Virus record (IMG/VR): IMGVR_UViG_3300035491_000180 | Coordinates: 1-40,556 of that record | DNA from: a virus | Lineage: Duplodnaviria > Caudoviricetes | DNA: 40,556 nucleotides | Direction: 5' to 3' (one strand) | The notes under the pieces: model-generated | Database searches by the model: none | What the model saw: the letters and a program-made list of their open reading frames with translations, nothing else | Told to the model about the DNA's origin: nothing | Translations under genes and position numbers: made by a program | Part shown: one piece after another, positions 1 through 10,350 of the stretch | Numbering within the stretch: position 1 is the stretch's first letter | Layout: each line of letters opens with the position of its first letter

Positions 1-212
1 GATGTCTTACCATTCTGTCTGCCACCACCCATGTGGATAGTACGGGTATCTCTCACTACATTCCATGATAACCCTTTTCTTCCCTCCATGTGCCTGTTAT
101 GTACATTGACAGCATATGGAAGGTCATCTAAATTGAAATGTCTCAATTGACTCAGACTCAATTCATAGATAGTCTGCCAGGTATCCTTACATTCCTGTAG
201 TGTCTTCTCCAT
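1..212 (-). CDS. Partial gene (runs off window start), putative P-loop NTPase
   Basis: Not in ORF track. Manual translation from ATG at 212 (GGAG 8 nt upstream) gives MEKTLQECKDTWQ...RTIHMGGGRQNGKT, with a Walker A-like GRQNGKT at the window edge. Confidence 0.65.
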   Translation of the reverse strand, partial: MEKTLQECKDTWQTIYELSLSQLRHFNLDDLPYAVNVHNRHMEGRKGLSWNVVRDTRTIHMGGGRQNGKT

Positions 213-427
213 CTCATCTACTCCAGATACATACTCAAGATCCAGTAGGTCTCTCCAGAACTGCATACATGCAAAAAAGAAAAGAAGAAGTCGTCGCTTC
301 GCTCCTCCGCTAGCGCATTGCTTACATTCGCTATCGCTCTTTCCAGCAATGCTTTTTTTATAGCATTTCTGAAGTATCCTACAAAATTAGAAAACAAAGT
401 TATTAAATACACAACCACCAAATAACA

Positions 428-461
428 GAAAAGAAAGGAGAGGATCACTACGATCCCCTCC
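428..461 (-). terminator. Intrinsic terminator after portal gene
   Basis: Minus strand GGAGGGGATC-gtagt-GATCCTCTCC followed by TTTCTTTT, about 10 nt after the stop at 471. Confidence 0.75.
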
Positions 462-470
462 ATCCAAGTA

Positions 471-3377
471 TTACAGTTTAACGGTGTCATCTAAGTCAGA
501 ATCACCACCCTCTTCATCTTCTTCAGGAGCAGCTTCTTCTTCCTCTTCAGCATTGTCGGTATCTTCATCTTCAGTACCGTCAGCGTCAGCGTCATCGACA
601 GCTTCTTCTTCACCAGTATCGAAGTCATCACCCATATCGAGATCATCCTCCCCACCCAGATCAGTTTCATCGGTGTCTTCACCACCTAAGTCACCCAGGT
701 CAGTGTCCCCACCTTCACCACCTAAGTCATCACCCCCGCTACTGCCTTTAGCTTCTTCCAAAGCCTGCTTCTCCTGCTCGATCTTCTCGAGAGCTTTAGC
801 ACGCTTCTTAGCCGCTTTAAGAGCAGACTTGATGTAATCCTGGATAGAGTGGTTAAGTCCATCCAGATAGCCTGTGGTGGTCTCCAGGAGGTCAAATGCA
901 GGGGATCCTTCCTCTTCAGTGACTGTGGTGAAGATATCGAGTTCTGGCATGACGTTATGTTTACGTAACCAACGACGCTGGAACTCAGCTTTAACCACCG
1001 CCTTGATATTGGGAACCAGTTCTTCCATACCCAGTGCAGCGTCTGTAGCGAAGAACTCTTCGTTGATGTAAGCATCAATGACAGTATCGAGTGCTTCACT
1101 ATACGTATTGAACGACTGCATCGATTTCTGAACATCATCCACATCAGGAGATGGTAAACCTACCTCCAGTGAGAATACGAACTCTTCCAACACGGCCAGG
1201 ATCTGATCTTCTTCACCAGCGACTTCGTCTTTAATCCATTTCGGAATGTATTTCTTATTTGCCTTGATGAGTTCACGCATTTCATCAAGGAAGATCCCGG
1301 AGTTGAGGATATAGCGACGAACAAAGTCAGTTAAGAATGGTTCGAACTTCTCCTGGTTCTGAATAACCCGCTTCAACAGCATCAGGTTGTTTTGGACAAT
1401 AGTCGTGGCAAAGTCAGCTTGATTGATCCCTTCCATAGTCTCAGGTGACAAACCAAACATCTGAATATGACGCCGGCGATACGTCTCTTCCATATCGGTG
1501 TCGATAGGACGATTGGCACCGTCTCGCTGATTGACGTTCATACTGGTTTCAGGATATCGAGTATTACCCGATACCACGACATTGACACCGTGGTTCTGAA
1601 TCTGATCAGCCAATCCCAGAGGGTGAGTAGAACCGATAATTCTACTGAAACCCTGACTGTTGACCTTAGCGTACTCAGAGAGCATGAACTCTACGGTACT
1701 CGTCGGGTCTTCATCTTCAGGATCCAGTGTGATTTCCACCGTCTTACCGCCAACAGCATTGTTGATGGTGGCCAGGGTATTGGCCAACATGATCGCCGCT
1801 CGGATGGAACCGAGGATCTTACCATCTTCCAGAACAGACTTACCGACACCGTATTCGTTGTAGTCGAATGCGATGTAGACGAGTAGTTCAGCAGGCACGT
1901 AGAGAATGTTAGTCCGCTGACCTTTCAGATGTCTGGAGAGCATGATTCGATTGATATCCTCGGTACGACTCAACTCATAGTTACCTGACAGTGCCCCGGC
2001 ACGCAACCTAGCCAGTAGATCAGCTTCGACTGTCTCAGAGTAGATCCGACCCATCTCATCAATAATTTCATTGGTCAAGGTATTGCCCGTACCTCCCAGA
2101 CCACGTTGAGCCTGAGAAATAAGTTGACTCGCATAACTGTCAACGTTATTCATCTGGGCCTTGATATCGTCATACTGGGTAGAACTCTCAGAAACAGAGA
2201 TGGGGTTGCCATCAATATCCAGGAGAATGTAGTACGCGACGTGTTCAGATGGATTACCAGGTACGTGAATTGGGATGACCGATTCTGATGGTAAGTGGAT
2301 GACCAATGGGTGACCGTACGTGGTATCACCGGTCTGCTTATGGGTCATCACCGGCTGCACAGGAACGTGTTTGTGTTGACGGCGAGTGTAGAACTGAGAC
2401 TCGATCTTCTTCAGGGTCTTCAGGTCACTGCTGCGCGGCTTATTGCCTGCCGCTTCCATCGACGGCATGGGTTTACCCATTTTGTTCCCGTAGATTCGAG
2501 ACACTGCTATACCGCGTCGTGTTTCCAGCACCATTGGACGTTTCAGGATATTCATGTTATCCATAACGTAAACGGTGGATCCTTTACTGGCGATTGCCTT
2601 ACTCATACTGCTTGACAATTTACTCAAATTACCGCGTACGTCGTTAAGCTCCTCGTCATCCGGAATCATTGATTCGAATGAGAGGGTGACGCTTGGTGCG
2701 CTGACCTTAGGATCGTAATTACGGAAGTCTGATAAAGACTCAAATGAAACCCCTAAACTCGCCTTACCAGGGTTCTTGCTATTACCTAATACACCCCAGG
2801 AGATGTATTCGTTTTCACCAGTTGTCTGCTCCCGAAGATGCGAATCCAGAACACTGATCGCATTCTCCATCGAGACTCCACCATAATTGTCCGTATTGAT
2901 GATACGGTCAACAGAAGATTCCGGAAGAACCAGAATAGGATATGACCCTGTTTCGAAAAGGACATCGTTGAGGATTGGGTTGAGGAGCGATCTAATCCTA
3001 TAGGAGTCATCGAAGAATTCCTGGGTCTTGCGTAGCAAGGGACCAGCCAAGTTACTATCTAACCCATCGTTGGATAATGTGTAGAGTACCTTGGTATCGG
3101 TCAAGTCACCCGGTGCGATCGTCGCCGAAATAAGGATCTGTCGGGCATAATCCATATCCGGTAGGATTTGGAATAAGTTACGTGCATCCTTAATATTGCC
3201 GATGGTCGTGTTAGCGATATGTGCCAACACACGGCCATCGGGCAGACGCTGATTCTTCCTTTGTCCACTTGCCCCGCGAGGATCGGGCTGTAACTTGGAT
3301 AGAGACGCCTTGACTTCATCCGAGATATCTCGACGCTGAAGAAACTTCGGCATGCGTCTGATGGACGATTCGGTCAT
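471..3377 (-). CDS. Portal protein (phiKZ gp129-like) with acidic C-terminal tail
   Basis: 968 aa. Size, divergent pairing with a ~730 aa structural gene and S-x-E processing-type motifs (VSMEN, VSFES, LSFES, PSMEA) match recalled phiKZ-like portals. The last ~90 aa are D/E/G-rich. Confidence 0.75.
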   Translation of the reverse strand: MTESSIRRMPKFLQRRDISDEVKASLSKLQPDPRGASGQRKNQRLPDGRVLAHIANTTIGNIKDARNLFQILPDMDYARQILISATIAPGDLTDTKVLYTLSNDGLDSNLAGPLLRKTQEFFDDSYRIRSLLNPILNDVLFETGSYPILVLPESSVDRIINTDNYGGVSMENAISVLDSHLREQTTGENEYISWGVLGNSKNPGKASLGVSFESLSDFRNYDPKVSAPSVTLSFESMIPDDEELNDVRGNLSKLSSSMSKAIASKGSTVYVMDNMNILKRPMVLETRRGIAVSRIYGNKMGKPMPSMEAAGNKPRSSDLKTLKKIESQFYTRRQHKHVPVQPVMTHKQTGDTTYGHPLVIHLPSESVIPIHVPGNPSEHVAYYILLDIDGNPISVSESSTQYDDIKAQMNNVDSYASQLISQAQRGLGGTGNTLTNEIIDEMGRIYSETVEADLLARLRAGALSGNYELSRTEDINRIMLSRHLKGQRTNILYVPAELLVYIAFDYNEYGVGKSVLEDGKILGSIRAAIMLANTLATINNAVGGKTVEITLDPEDEDPTSTVEFMLSEYAKVNSQGFSRIIGSTHPLGLADQIQNHGVNVVVSGNTRYPETSMNVNQRDGANRPIDTDMEETYRRRHIQMFGLSPETMEGINQADFATTIVQNNLMLLKRVIQNQEKFEPFLTDFVRRYILNSGIFLDEMRELIKANKKYIPKWIKDEVAGEEDQILAVLEEFVFSLEVGLPSPDVDDVQKSMQSFNTYSEALDTVIDAYINEEFFATDAALGMEELVPNIKAVVKAEFQRRWLRKHNVMPELDIFTTVTEEEGSPAFDLLETTTGYLDGLNHSIQDYIKSALKAAKKRAKALEKIEQEKQALEEAKGSSGGDDLGGEGGDTDLGDLGGEDTDETDLGGEDDLDMGDDFDTGEEEAVDDADADGTEDEDTDNAEEEEEAAPEEDEEGGDSDLDDTVKL

Positions 3378-3406
3378 TTTGTTACCCCTTGTTTGGAACG
3401 TATACG

Positions 3407-5599
3407 ATGAATACTCAGTATCAGATTTATCATGAGTCTGTGGTGAAACTGGCCGCTACCCTAGTCATAAAAGACCAAGCCACATGCGATATAATCAATC
3501 AGCGATTGACTCAGATTGGTTATATTGTCGATGAAGACCGCCCAGAGACCTGGAAGTATTATCTCAACCTGGCCGGACGTTACCACCCATCTGATAAACG
3601 AATATATGTCACATCGATGGATACTCAGGAAGAGATTGAACTGACTCCTGAGAATATGCTCATCCATCGTGCCACTTGGCGTGAATACCAATATGGTTCA
3701 CGCTACTATAAGGAATTGCGCAAGCGATATCCTAGTCCAGATCAAGATGTCTTGATTAATGGGATATTGAACCCCATCGACATCCAGACGGCAATCGCTG
3801 CGCCGGATCATACTATTCTCTATTATGACCAAAGTCTAGTAGAGGCTAGAGAAACCAACTTGATCCCGAAACTGCAAGATTGGATCAATGGTTTGTTTGT
3901 ACGATGGGCCAATGTCGATTATCAGATCAATAATCCGTATTTTACAGCTGCTAAGTTAGCAGTCTTGTTCATGTCTCTTCCAGAACAGATTAAAACCATT
4001 CGGATGGAGAACTGTAAAACCAATAAAGCGCACAGCTACCATATCCGCCGGTACCTGGCTTCATTCGGACCGATCGAGAAACATTATCGGAACATGACTG
4101 ATGAACAGCGCTTATGGTTTTATCGCAATATTCGTTGGGTACTCCGTAATGTGGGTAAACAGAGTACGTTCGATACGTTAGTGAAAAAGCTTCTGACTGA
4201 TCGTTCACTACCGTTGGCACAATACCTACTACAGCAAAACGACAGTGTTCTTCCAGAGCTGCTAGATCCCACAATCCAGTTTGAACGGGTGACAGTTAAC
4301 GGTATCAGATCATCTCTTGGAGATGATATCATCAATACCAGGAAACTGCTTGAGTTAGAGAACCCACTCAATCAAGGTAACGTCAATGAACAACCTTACG
4401 CTGAGGACTATATTCCCTTTGAAGCAGTTCGTTCATTGTCATCCGAGAGTCAGACCAAGGTATTGGAATCCAATCTACTGGATATGAAGGAAGCCGAACC
4501 ATATACCTTAACAGAGGTTCTACTCAACCATTGGATTTATTGGGCCGATAAAGGTATCTATCAGACAGTCCTGGTGATCCCACTACCTGACGGCGGTGAT
4601 GGCATACGCCTAGACATGAAAGAGGCGTACCTGGTATTTCAGTATCTGTATTATAGACGACTGGGCATTGAACTACCGGTGATTCCACACATCATGGCAA
4701 AGCGTGTGCGTAGAACAATTATCCCTTCATTCAATGAGCTACGGGAACTAACCAGCAACGCAACACCTGATCTCTTCATTCATGAAGCGCGTCGGGATAA
4801 CCCCGATATCACCAGCTATGTGTCAGTAGATGCATTTGTGGACGTGTGTAGTGCGATTCAGGACCGCATGATGCTCCATCGTGACCTGTATTGCTATCGT
4901 GATGATCTGATTCAGTATGCTGAAGTACGCTTATTGACTGAGCGATTCTACCACGATGTCCCCGTCGACATGGACGCTGGTCAGAATTATGCTGAATGGC
5001 TGAATAGTCGTGGTTTGTCTTTTGACAAATACAGTACCTACGAGATGAACTCCATTATGGAGAATATCATCAACCAGGCCACTGGCTTAGATCTCAGGGT
5101 CACTCAGACGTTGGCAGATATCCATAAATCGATGACCGACATTCTGAGGATGTTGTCTAGTTACAGTCTTCAGATCATTCAGACCATCAATGAAAATGCA
5201 GTGGTTATGTTTGATAACCAACATCTGCGCTGGCATGATAATGGTACAGAAGCTGGTCATCAGCAACAGCTGCCAGTAGCCACCACCCGTCCGCTGGATC
5301 TGTCTGGTCGTGGATCATCACAGGTACAGATCAACCTAGGTGAGATGGCAGTAAGGTCGATTGATCCTGAGACGTCCCATGACATTGAAATCGATTTGGG
5401 TGTCGAAATGGAAATGAGTGGTCTCAACCAAACCATTCTTGAAGGATGGAATATGACAGGGGTTGTGAGTGTTCTGAGTAACCCTGTTCTCGATCTCTCG
5501 ACGTTGAATGCGCAGGTAATCACAATTCCCTCATTAGAGACCGGGGACATAACCGAACTATTCGAAGGAACAGCATCTAATGATTTCGCAGCTCCTTGA
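3407..5599 (+). CDS. Virion structural protein (phiKZ gp128-like, putative baseplate)
   Basis: ~730 aa with TWKYYLNLAGRYH motif typical of this conserved jumbo-phage family; divergent from portal. Start moved to ATG 3407. Confidence 0.7.
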   Translation: MNTQYQIYHESVVKLAATLVIKDQATCDIINQRLTQIGYIVDEDRPETWKYYLNLAGRYHPSDKRIYVTSMDTQEEIELTPENMLIHRATWREYQYGSRYYKELRKRYPSPDQDVLINGILNPIDIQTAIAAPDHTILYYDQSLVEARETNLIPKLQDWINGLFVRWANVDYQINNPYFTAAKLAVLFMSLPEQIKTIRMENCKTNKAHSYHIRRYLASFGPIEKHYRNMTDEQRLWFYRNIRWVLRNVGKQSTFDTLVKKLLTDRSLPLAQYLLQQNDSVLPELLDPTIQFERVTVNGIRSSLGDDIINTRKLLELENPLNQGNVNEQPYAEDYIPFEAVRSLSSESQTKVLESNLLDMKEAEPYTLTEVLLNHWIYWADKGIYQTVLVIPLPDGGDGIRLDMKEAYLVFQYLYYRRLGIELPVIPHIMAKRVRRTIIPSFNELRELTSNATPDLFIHEARRDNPDITSYVSVDAFVDVCSAIQDRMMLHRDLYCYRDDLIQYAEVRLLTERFYHDVPVDMDAGQNYAEWLNSRGLSFDKYSTYEMNSIMENIINQATGLDLRVTQTLADIHKSMTDILRMLSSYSLQIIQTINENAVVMFDNQHLRWHDNGTEAGHQQQLPVATTRPLDLSGRGSSQVQINLGEMAVRSIDPETSHDIEIDLGVEMEMSGLNQTILEGWNMTGVVSVLSNPVLDLSTLNAQVITIPSLETGDITELFEGTASNDFAAP

Positions 5600-6554
5600 T
5601 CCACAGCTCAATACTCGGGAAGCACTTAAAGAGGATGATCGAGGTGCTTTACAGCGCCTCGTTGCCCCGCTTCTTGCTGAAGGTGTACGTCCGGATATCT
5701 TCACCATCACCAACATAGAACAACTACTCGATAAGACTCGATTGACAGTGGTAGTGGATAAGTACAACGTACCAGTAAAATACTGGTCGTATGCTGGTGA
5801 AGTACAGCTCACATACAGTCGTGTGAAGTTGGATGACGTTGTTTCTACATACGGAAACGTTGTGAGAATTGACCTTCCGAATACAGTGAGGGGGGTTATG
5901 GCATCGTATTTCTCCACCCATGGATTGTTCGATCGTTCTACTCAATTCGTGGATGGACCCATCTCTACATGGGAACTTAAGGATATTGTCGTTGCAGAAA
6001 ACAGCTTTCTGTTATCTGGATCGGCTCAGTTCAATATCCTGCCAGTCCAACGATTGTTGGGTGATGTTCTTTCTGTAGCAGGTGTGGCTGGTTTCAGGAC
6101 ACTGGTCAATTTTGAGTCCAGTGCCATTGATCTCATTGTAAGACAGCTCAATGACAACAATCCCGGCCTACCATATCCTTTACAGTCCATGGAGATGTCC
6201 CTGTCGAATCCACAAGTATTGACTGGGTATGTTTACGACAACACCAGTGTCATTATGACTGCTTCCGGTGATGGTCAGTATCTGGGTAGTCAGGAAATTG
6301 TCTATAGTCGATTCAATTTTGCCTGGTACAATGGCGGCGAGCAATTTTACATCGAGGGTCCATCGAGACCTACTGTTGAATATATACTGGATCAGGTATC
6401 TGCTGCCACCGGATATCCCTTATCTATCTCGGATGTGGTGGAGACGACATACCCTATTCAGTCCAGTGGACAATTGGAAACATTATCGGTTAGTTTCAGA
6501 CCCGATAATCTCAGGTATGTTGGCGAAATTACCGTCGATTACAGGGCGCAGTAA
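5580..6554 (+). CDS. Virion structural protein (tail/baseplate)
   Basis: 324 aa, overlaps upstream gene; two copies of a G-x4-Y-x-R-x-x-[LF] module. Confidence 0.65.
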   Translation: MISQLLDPQLNTREALKEDDRGALQRLVAPLLAEGVRPDIFTITNIEQLLDKTRLTVVVDKYNVPVKYWSYAGEVQLTYSRVKLDDVVSTYGNVVRIDLPNTVRGVMASYFSTHGLFDRSTQFVDGPISTWELKDIVVAENSFLLSGSAQFNILPVQRLLGDVLSVAGVAGFRTLVNFESSAIDLIVRQLNDNNPGLPYPLQSMEMSLSNPQVLTGYVYDNTSVIMTASGDGQYLGSQEIVYSRFNFAWYNGGEQFYIEGPSRPTVEYILDQVSAATGYPLSISDVVETTYPIQSSGQLETLSVSFRPDNLRYVGEITVDYRAQ

Positions 6555-6994
6555 TGGATAATTTTAACGCTGATAGATTGTTGACGATGTCTCCAGAGGA
6601 GGCATTGTTGATTCGGATCAATGAGGTACTAGGTATCTCTTTAAATCCGCGATATGTGAAGATAGGTGATGTGATTATGTCAGATGGCGCCTATCTGGAT
6701 ATTGTCATTAAAGCACGTGACGACAATCCAGAAGCCACCCAATTCGTCACAGGTGAATGTGTTGTCAAGATTGAACGACTCGATATAACAGAGGTGTTTG
6801 GTCCAGTTGTCAATGTAGAGTATGATGGGAAGATCTCTGCCTACGATATCGGTCGTATCCTTGAACAGAGAACCGGTATCGTATTTGATGAGAATGATTT
6901 CATCGACCAAGTCATCACCCCAGTCAATAATACTCTGTTCATCAATTCAATCTCTAGACGGTGGTTTGGTCAAATAACCGTCCTGAGCCCATAA
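6554..6994 (+). CDS. Virion structural protein
   Basis: 146 aa, TAATG translational coupling; GECVVKIERLDI module variant. Confidence 0.65.
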   Translation: MDNFNADRLLTMSPEEALLIRINEVLGISLNPRYVKIGDVIMSDGAYLDIVIKARDDNPEATQFVTGECVVKIERLDITEVFGPVVNVEYDGKISAYDIGRILEQRTGIVFDENDFIDQVITPVNNTLFINSISRRWFGQITVLSP

Positions 6995-7004
6995 GGGGTC
7001 TGTT

Positions 7005-8027
7005 ATGTATGTCCGTCCTCTGAAGTACGATAAGCCAGCCAACGAACTCATGCTGGATATCTTGAACTTCACCAATAAAGCTGCTTTCGAACCACAACAG
7101 ATTAAATTTGGGGTTCCCACAACAGCACCAGAAAACCCGAATGCAATCGTCCTCCCGCTCATTCAGATGTACCCGCAGTATCGTCCAGTAGAAGGGACAC
7201 TCACTCAGATCCAAGTCCTCCCGACTGATGAAGTGTCCTGGACGGGTGAGATGATTCTGACATATCGTCGGATCGTCATTCAAGATCACTTTGCTCAGGT
7301 TCCTTTCGTCATTTACACTGATGAACTCGATGCATCCACTATCCTGGCTGCCTTAAAGGAACAATGTGGATTGTATCTCGATGCAGACCTGGTCAACGTT
7401 GATGTTCAGTTGATCGATCTCGATCAACTGCTGTTCAGCACACATCTTGGATCCATTGTCGAGAATGAAATAGAATACGGGGATTACATACCTCCTCAAG
7501 GCTGGGATGTCAAGATCACCATGCGTCCAGAACACCCTATCTGGATAGGTGAACTCCACGTATATGTCAGGGAGTCAATTCGACTACTTGATCGCGATAT
7601 CAAGACAACACTGGAAATCAAGCGTTTCCTCGGTCCAGGTGGTAATGAAAAGATGCCGGCAGAACTGATCCTTCCGATGCACAAATCCACAGGTCGTACC
7701 GACCATCACGGACTGCTTCGTAGTCTGGAGGTAGGGTCACTCATCCCTATGGGTTTGGTCGACATCGCTAAGGACATCACTCGTGATGATTGGGTATTCT
7801 CCGAAGAACCAGCTGATTTCAACCTGTATGGTGCCAGGGTGGTCTATAACGGATTGAATACTGGACTGGTCTTCAACGACGACCCTCGTGTGTCAAATTT
7901 GATTATCGTTGAATTCAGCCCAACTCATTCGAAGAATATTGCAGGGTATTGGAGTATTGGTTACTATGATCATGACTCATACCTCAGGGCACAGCGACTG
8001 GATTATTATCCACTCCAGGATCGTTAA
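7005..8027 (+). CDS. Virion structural protein
   Basis: 340 aa, RBS AAGGGG; GEMILTYRR module; C-terminal FNLYGARVVYNG motif recalled from phiKZ-like tail proteins. Confidence 0.65.
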   Translation: MYVRPLKYDKPANELMLDILNFTNKAAFEPQQIKFGVPTTAPENPNAIVLPLIQMYPQYRPVEGTLTQIQVLPTDEVSWTGEMILTYRRIVIQDHFAQVPFVIYTDELDASTILAALKEQCGLYLDADLVNVDVQLIDLDQLLFSTHLGSIVENEIEYGDYIPPQGWDVKITMRPEHPIWIGELHVYVRESIRLLDRDIKTTLEIKRFLGPGGNEKMPAELILPMHKSTGRTDHHGLLRSLEVGSLIPMGLVDIAKDITRDDWVFSEEPADFNLYGARVVYNGLNTGLVFNDDPRVSNLIIVEFSPTHSKNIAGYWSIGYYDHDSYLRAQRLDYYPLQDR

Positions 8028-8088
8028 AAGATAAGTGTTATCTGAAATCCTATGAATTCCGTCTACATCGACTAACAAGGTCATTTCC

Positions 8089-8961
8089 ATGCAAAAGATC
8101 ATTCCAACGGGGCTGTCCAACTACACCCAGGTAGCCAACTTCATCGGGGCGCCGTGGTCCAAGAAGGATAACACCACCCTGAACCAGAAGTTCGACATTC
8201 AACCCAACGCATTGGTTCCACAGAACACCTATCCGTCACTGAAATGTTTCACGATCGGTATCGGTGGCCACAGCTATGTGATGGGTCCGAATAACATCCC
8301 TCTGTCTCAAGGTGTTGATCACACAGCGGTTGATGCTGGTCTTTATAACCACATCCCGTTTGTCATTCGTCCGGTCAACGATGATCTGAATGTTGGTCAG
8401 CAGAGTCGTTACTGTCTTCGTAAGATGATCGTCGGCCCAGACAATCAGAACTACATCGCCTACTACGGTAAGCGTCTGGATACCACAGGTATCGTACCGA
8501 TTATCACCAAGCGCACGGTGGTGGATGGACAGACCCTGATCGAAGAATACGTATACACCGAGGACAACCTCTCGCCAGAACCACCTGAAGTACCGAATAC
8601 TGGTTCTGTCACCACCAGTAACGAATACATCGCTACAACAGCTATCATTCCGATGCCGTTCACAGAAGAAGACGTGGCTGAACTTTACAACGTCGCTGAA
8701 ATCCTGTTCGGTGATCGTCGGATGGCTATCATTAGCGAATTCGGTTTCTGTACAGGCATCGATCTGGATATTGCCATCAACACCCCGGCAGGTACTACCA
8801 ACTTCAAAGAAGTCATTGCCTGCCAGATTGCTTCAATCATCAGCAGCCACCACGAACTCATCTACAACAGCAAGGGTTTCAGTTTCAACCTGGAAGTCGG
8901 TGCTGTACAACCCATGCTCGCCACCAACGCCATTCCGGTAGTTACCGTAGCGATGACCTGA
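8089..8961 (+). CDS. Conserved virion structural protein (phiKZ gp139-like)
   Basis: 290 aa with NTTLNQKF, IGIGGH, HIPFVIRP and IAYYGKRL motifs of a conserved jumbo-phage family found next to RuvC. Confidence 0.65.
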   Translation: MQKIIPTGLSNYTQVANFIGAPWSKKDNTTLNQKFDIQPNALVPQNTYPSLKCFTIGIGGHSYVMGPNNIPLSQGVDHTAVDAGLYNHIPFVIRPVNDDLNVGQQSRYCLRKMIVGPDNQNYIAYYGKRLDTTGIVPIITKRTVVDGQTLIEEYVYTEDNLSPEPPEVPNTGSVTTSNEYIATTAIIPMPFTEEDVAELYNVAEILFGDRRMAIISEFGFCTGIDLDIAINTPAGTTNFKEVIACQIASIISSHHELIYNSKGFSFNLEVGAVQPMLATNAIPVVTVAMT

Positions 8962-8986
8962 TATATCACTACTAAGGGGGTAGGTC

Positions 8987-9577
8987 ATGCGATTTACCGA
9001 GGAAGATTTTATCTACCGGATCATGGGAATCGATAACGGTTCCGATAACATGGGGTTGGTAGTTGCTGACCTTGACCTTAGGTCCAATCAATACAACATC
9101 ATCCATTCCGAAACACTCGATGGAACCAAGTTGTCTAAAATGATGACTGGTGTAGCACTGACCAGATCACCACGTTGGGCACGGCAGAATGCACTCAAAT
9201 CCGAAGTTCTGTCGCTTCTGGATCTCTATCGTCCTAATACGGTGGCGGTGGAGACACCGTTCCACCGTCCTGGACGCACCATGTCTTTCCAAGTACTGGT
9301 AGAGACATTGGTGTTTGTAAGACAGGCTGTGGAAGAGTACGATATTGTAACCGATCTCGACTCTATCTCTCCTGGTGAAGCAAAGCGAGCTGTACAGACA
9401 AAGAACTTCACCATGAAAAAAGCCGTTATTAAGGATTGTGTGCTGGCGCTAGATAATGTACACTTCGATAGAGGTATCGATAAAGACAACCTGTCTCCTG
9501 ATGAATACGATGCTGTGGCAGTTTCTATCGCACACGGTATCCGTGTTCGTAAGTTACATGGGTTTGACAGGAGTTAA
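8987..9577 (+). CDS. ruvC: RuvC-like Holliday junction resolvase
   Basis: Catalytic acidic motifs IMGIDNGSDNMG, VAVETPF and DEYDAVAV of the RuvC RNase H fold. Confidence 0.85.
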   Translation: MRFTEEDFIYRIMGIDNGSDNMGLVVADLDLRSNQYNIIHSETLDGTKLSKMMTGVALTRSPRWARQNALKSEVLSLLDLYRPNTVAVETPFHRPGRTMSFQVLVETLVFVRQAVEEYDIVTDLDSISPGEAKRAVQTKNFTMKKAVIKDCVLALDNVHFDRGIDKDNLSPDEYDAVAVSIAHGIRVRKLHGFDRS

Positions 9578-9593
9578 CCTGAAGGAATGTTCC

Positions 9594-10058
9594 ATGTTTC
9601 TATCTGATGTAGTCAGGGTACTTGGCGAGTCACCATTACGGGATTTCCCATGGGGGGTGATGGTAGCCAATACCATTAATTTGTTCACCGAAGAAGAACA
9701 TAGACTCACAGAAGAATCGACAGGCGAGGATGTCCATAGCGCACTCAATTCACTGACGGATGAAGTGCGTGAACTGGTGTTGCGTGCTAGATTGGACGTG
9801 CATAGTGGTAAGATAACCGCCCCTGCTGGCGGTAATATGGTTATCGAATACGAGGATGGCGAGGATAAGACCTTAACTGAACCTGATTTTAGTAAGGTCA
9901 TGTCATCACCTGTGTTTATTGCAGTGATGACTACAGTAACCTTGATCATCTTTGCTGCTATGTACATGTTTTCCAACTTAGCCGCCAACCGAGATATAGA
10001 TTGGACTTCGATGGTCACAGGGATCCTCAGTATCTTTGGGGTAGAACTGCCAGATTAG
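9594..10058 (+). CDS. Membrane protein (C-terminal TM helix plus amphipathic helix)
   Basis: ATG 9594 with GAAGGA upstream; hydrophobic VFIAVMTTVTLIIFAAMYMF. Confidence 0.7.
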   Translation: MFLSDVVRVLGESPLRDFPWGVMVANTINLFTEEEHRLTEESTGEDVHSALNSLTDEVRELVLRARLDVHSGKITAPAGGNMVIEYEDGEDKTLTEPDFSKVMSSPVFIAVMTTVTLIIFAAMYMFSNLAANRDIDWTSMVTGILSIFGVELPD

Positions 10059-10069
10059 AGAATAAGAGT

Positions 10070-10294
10070 ATGAATGAGCCCGAGAAGCCACCGTCGGTCG
10101 AACCTGACCAAAAACCACCGTCAGAAAAGTCAAGTATGGTGATGTATTTCAAGATCACTGTGTTCGCTATTGTGATCCTTGTGACATTGTCCGAACTGAT
10201 AATCTCACAACGCACAGGTATGTCCATCAATATGGGGGTCCTAGAACGCGTTCTAGACCTTCTTAACAATACAATGGCACCTGAGCAACAGTAA
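10070..10294 (+). CDS. Small membrane protein (74 aa)
   Basis: ATG 10070; TM segment YFKITVFAIVILVTLSELII. Confidence 0.65.
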   Translation: MNEPEKPPSVEPDQKPPSEKSSMVMYFKITVFAIVILVTLSELIISQRTGMSINMGVLERVLDLLNNTMAPEQQ

Positions 10295-10299
10295 TACCG

Positions 10300-10344
10300 C
10301 ATATAGCCCTCAGAGACCTTCATAGAGTCTCTGAGGGCTATATG
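10300..10344. terminator. Bidirectional hairpin between convergent genes
   Basis: 18-bp perfect inverted repeat CATATAGCCCTCAGAGAC / GTCTCTGAGGGCTATATG. Confidence 0.8.
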
Positions 10345-10350
10345 TTGTCT

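Noticed and set aside
218-490. 90-aa hydrophobic ORF
   Set aside because: Runs through the portal terminator and T-rich intergenic DNA; the hydrophobicity follows from T-richness.
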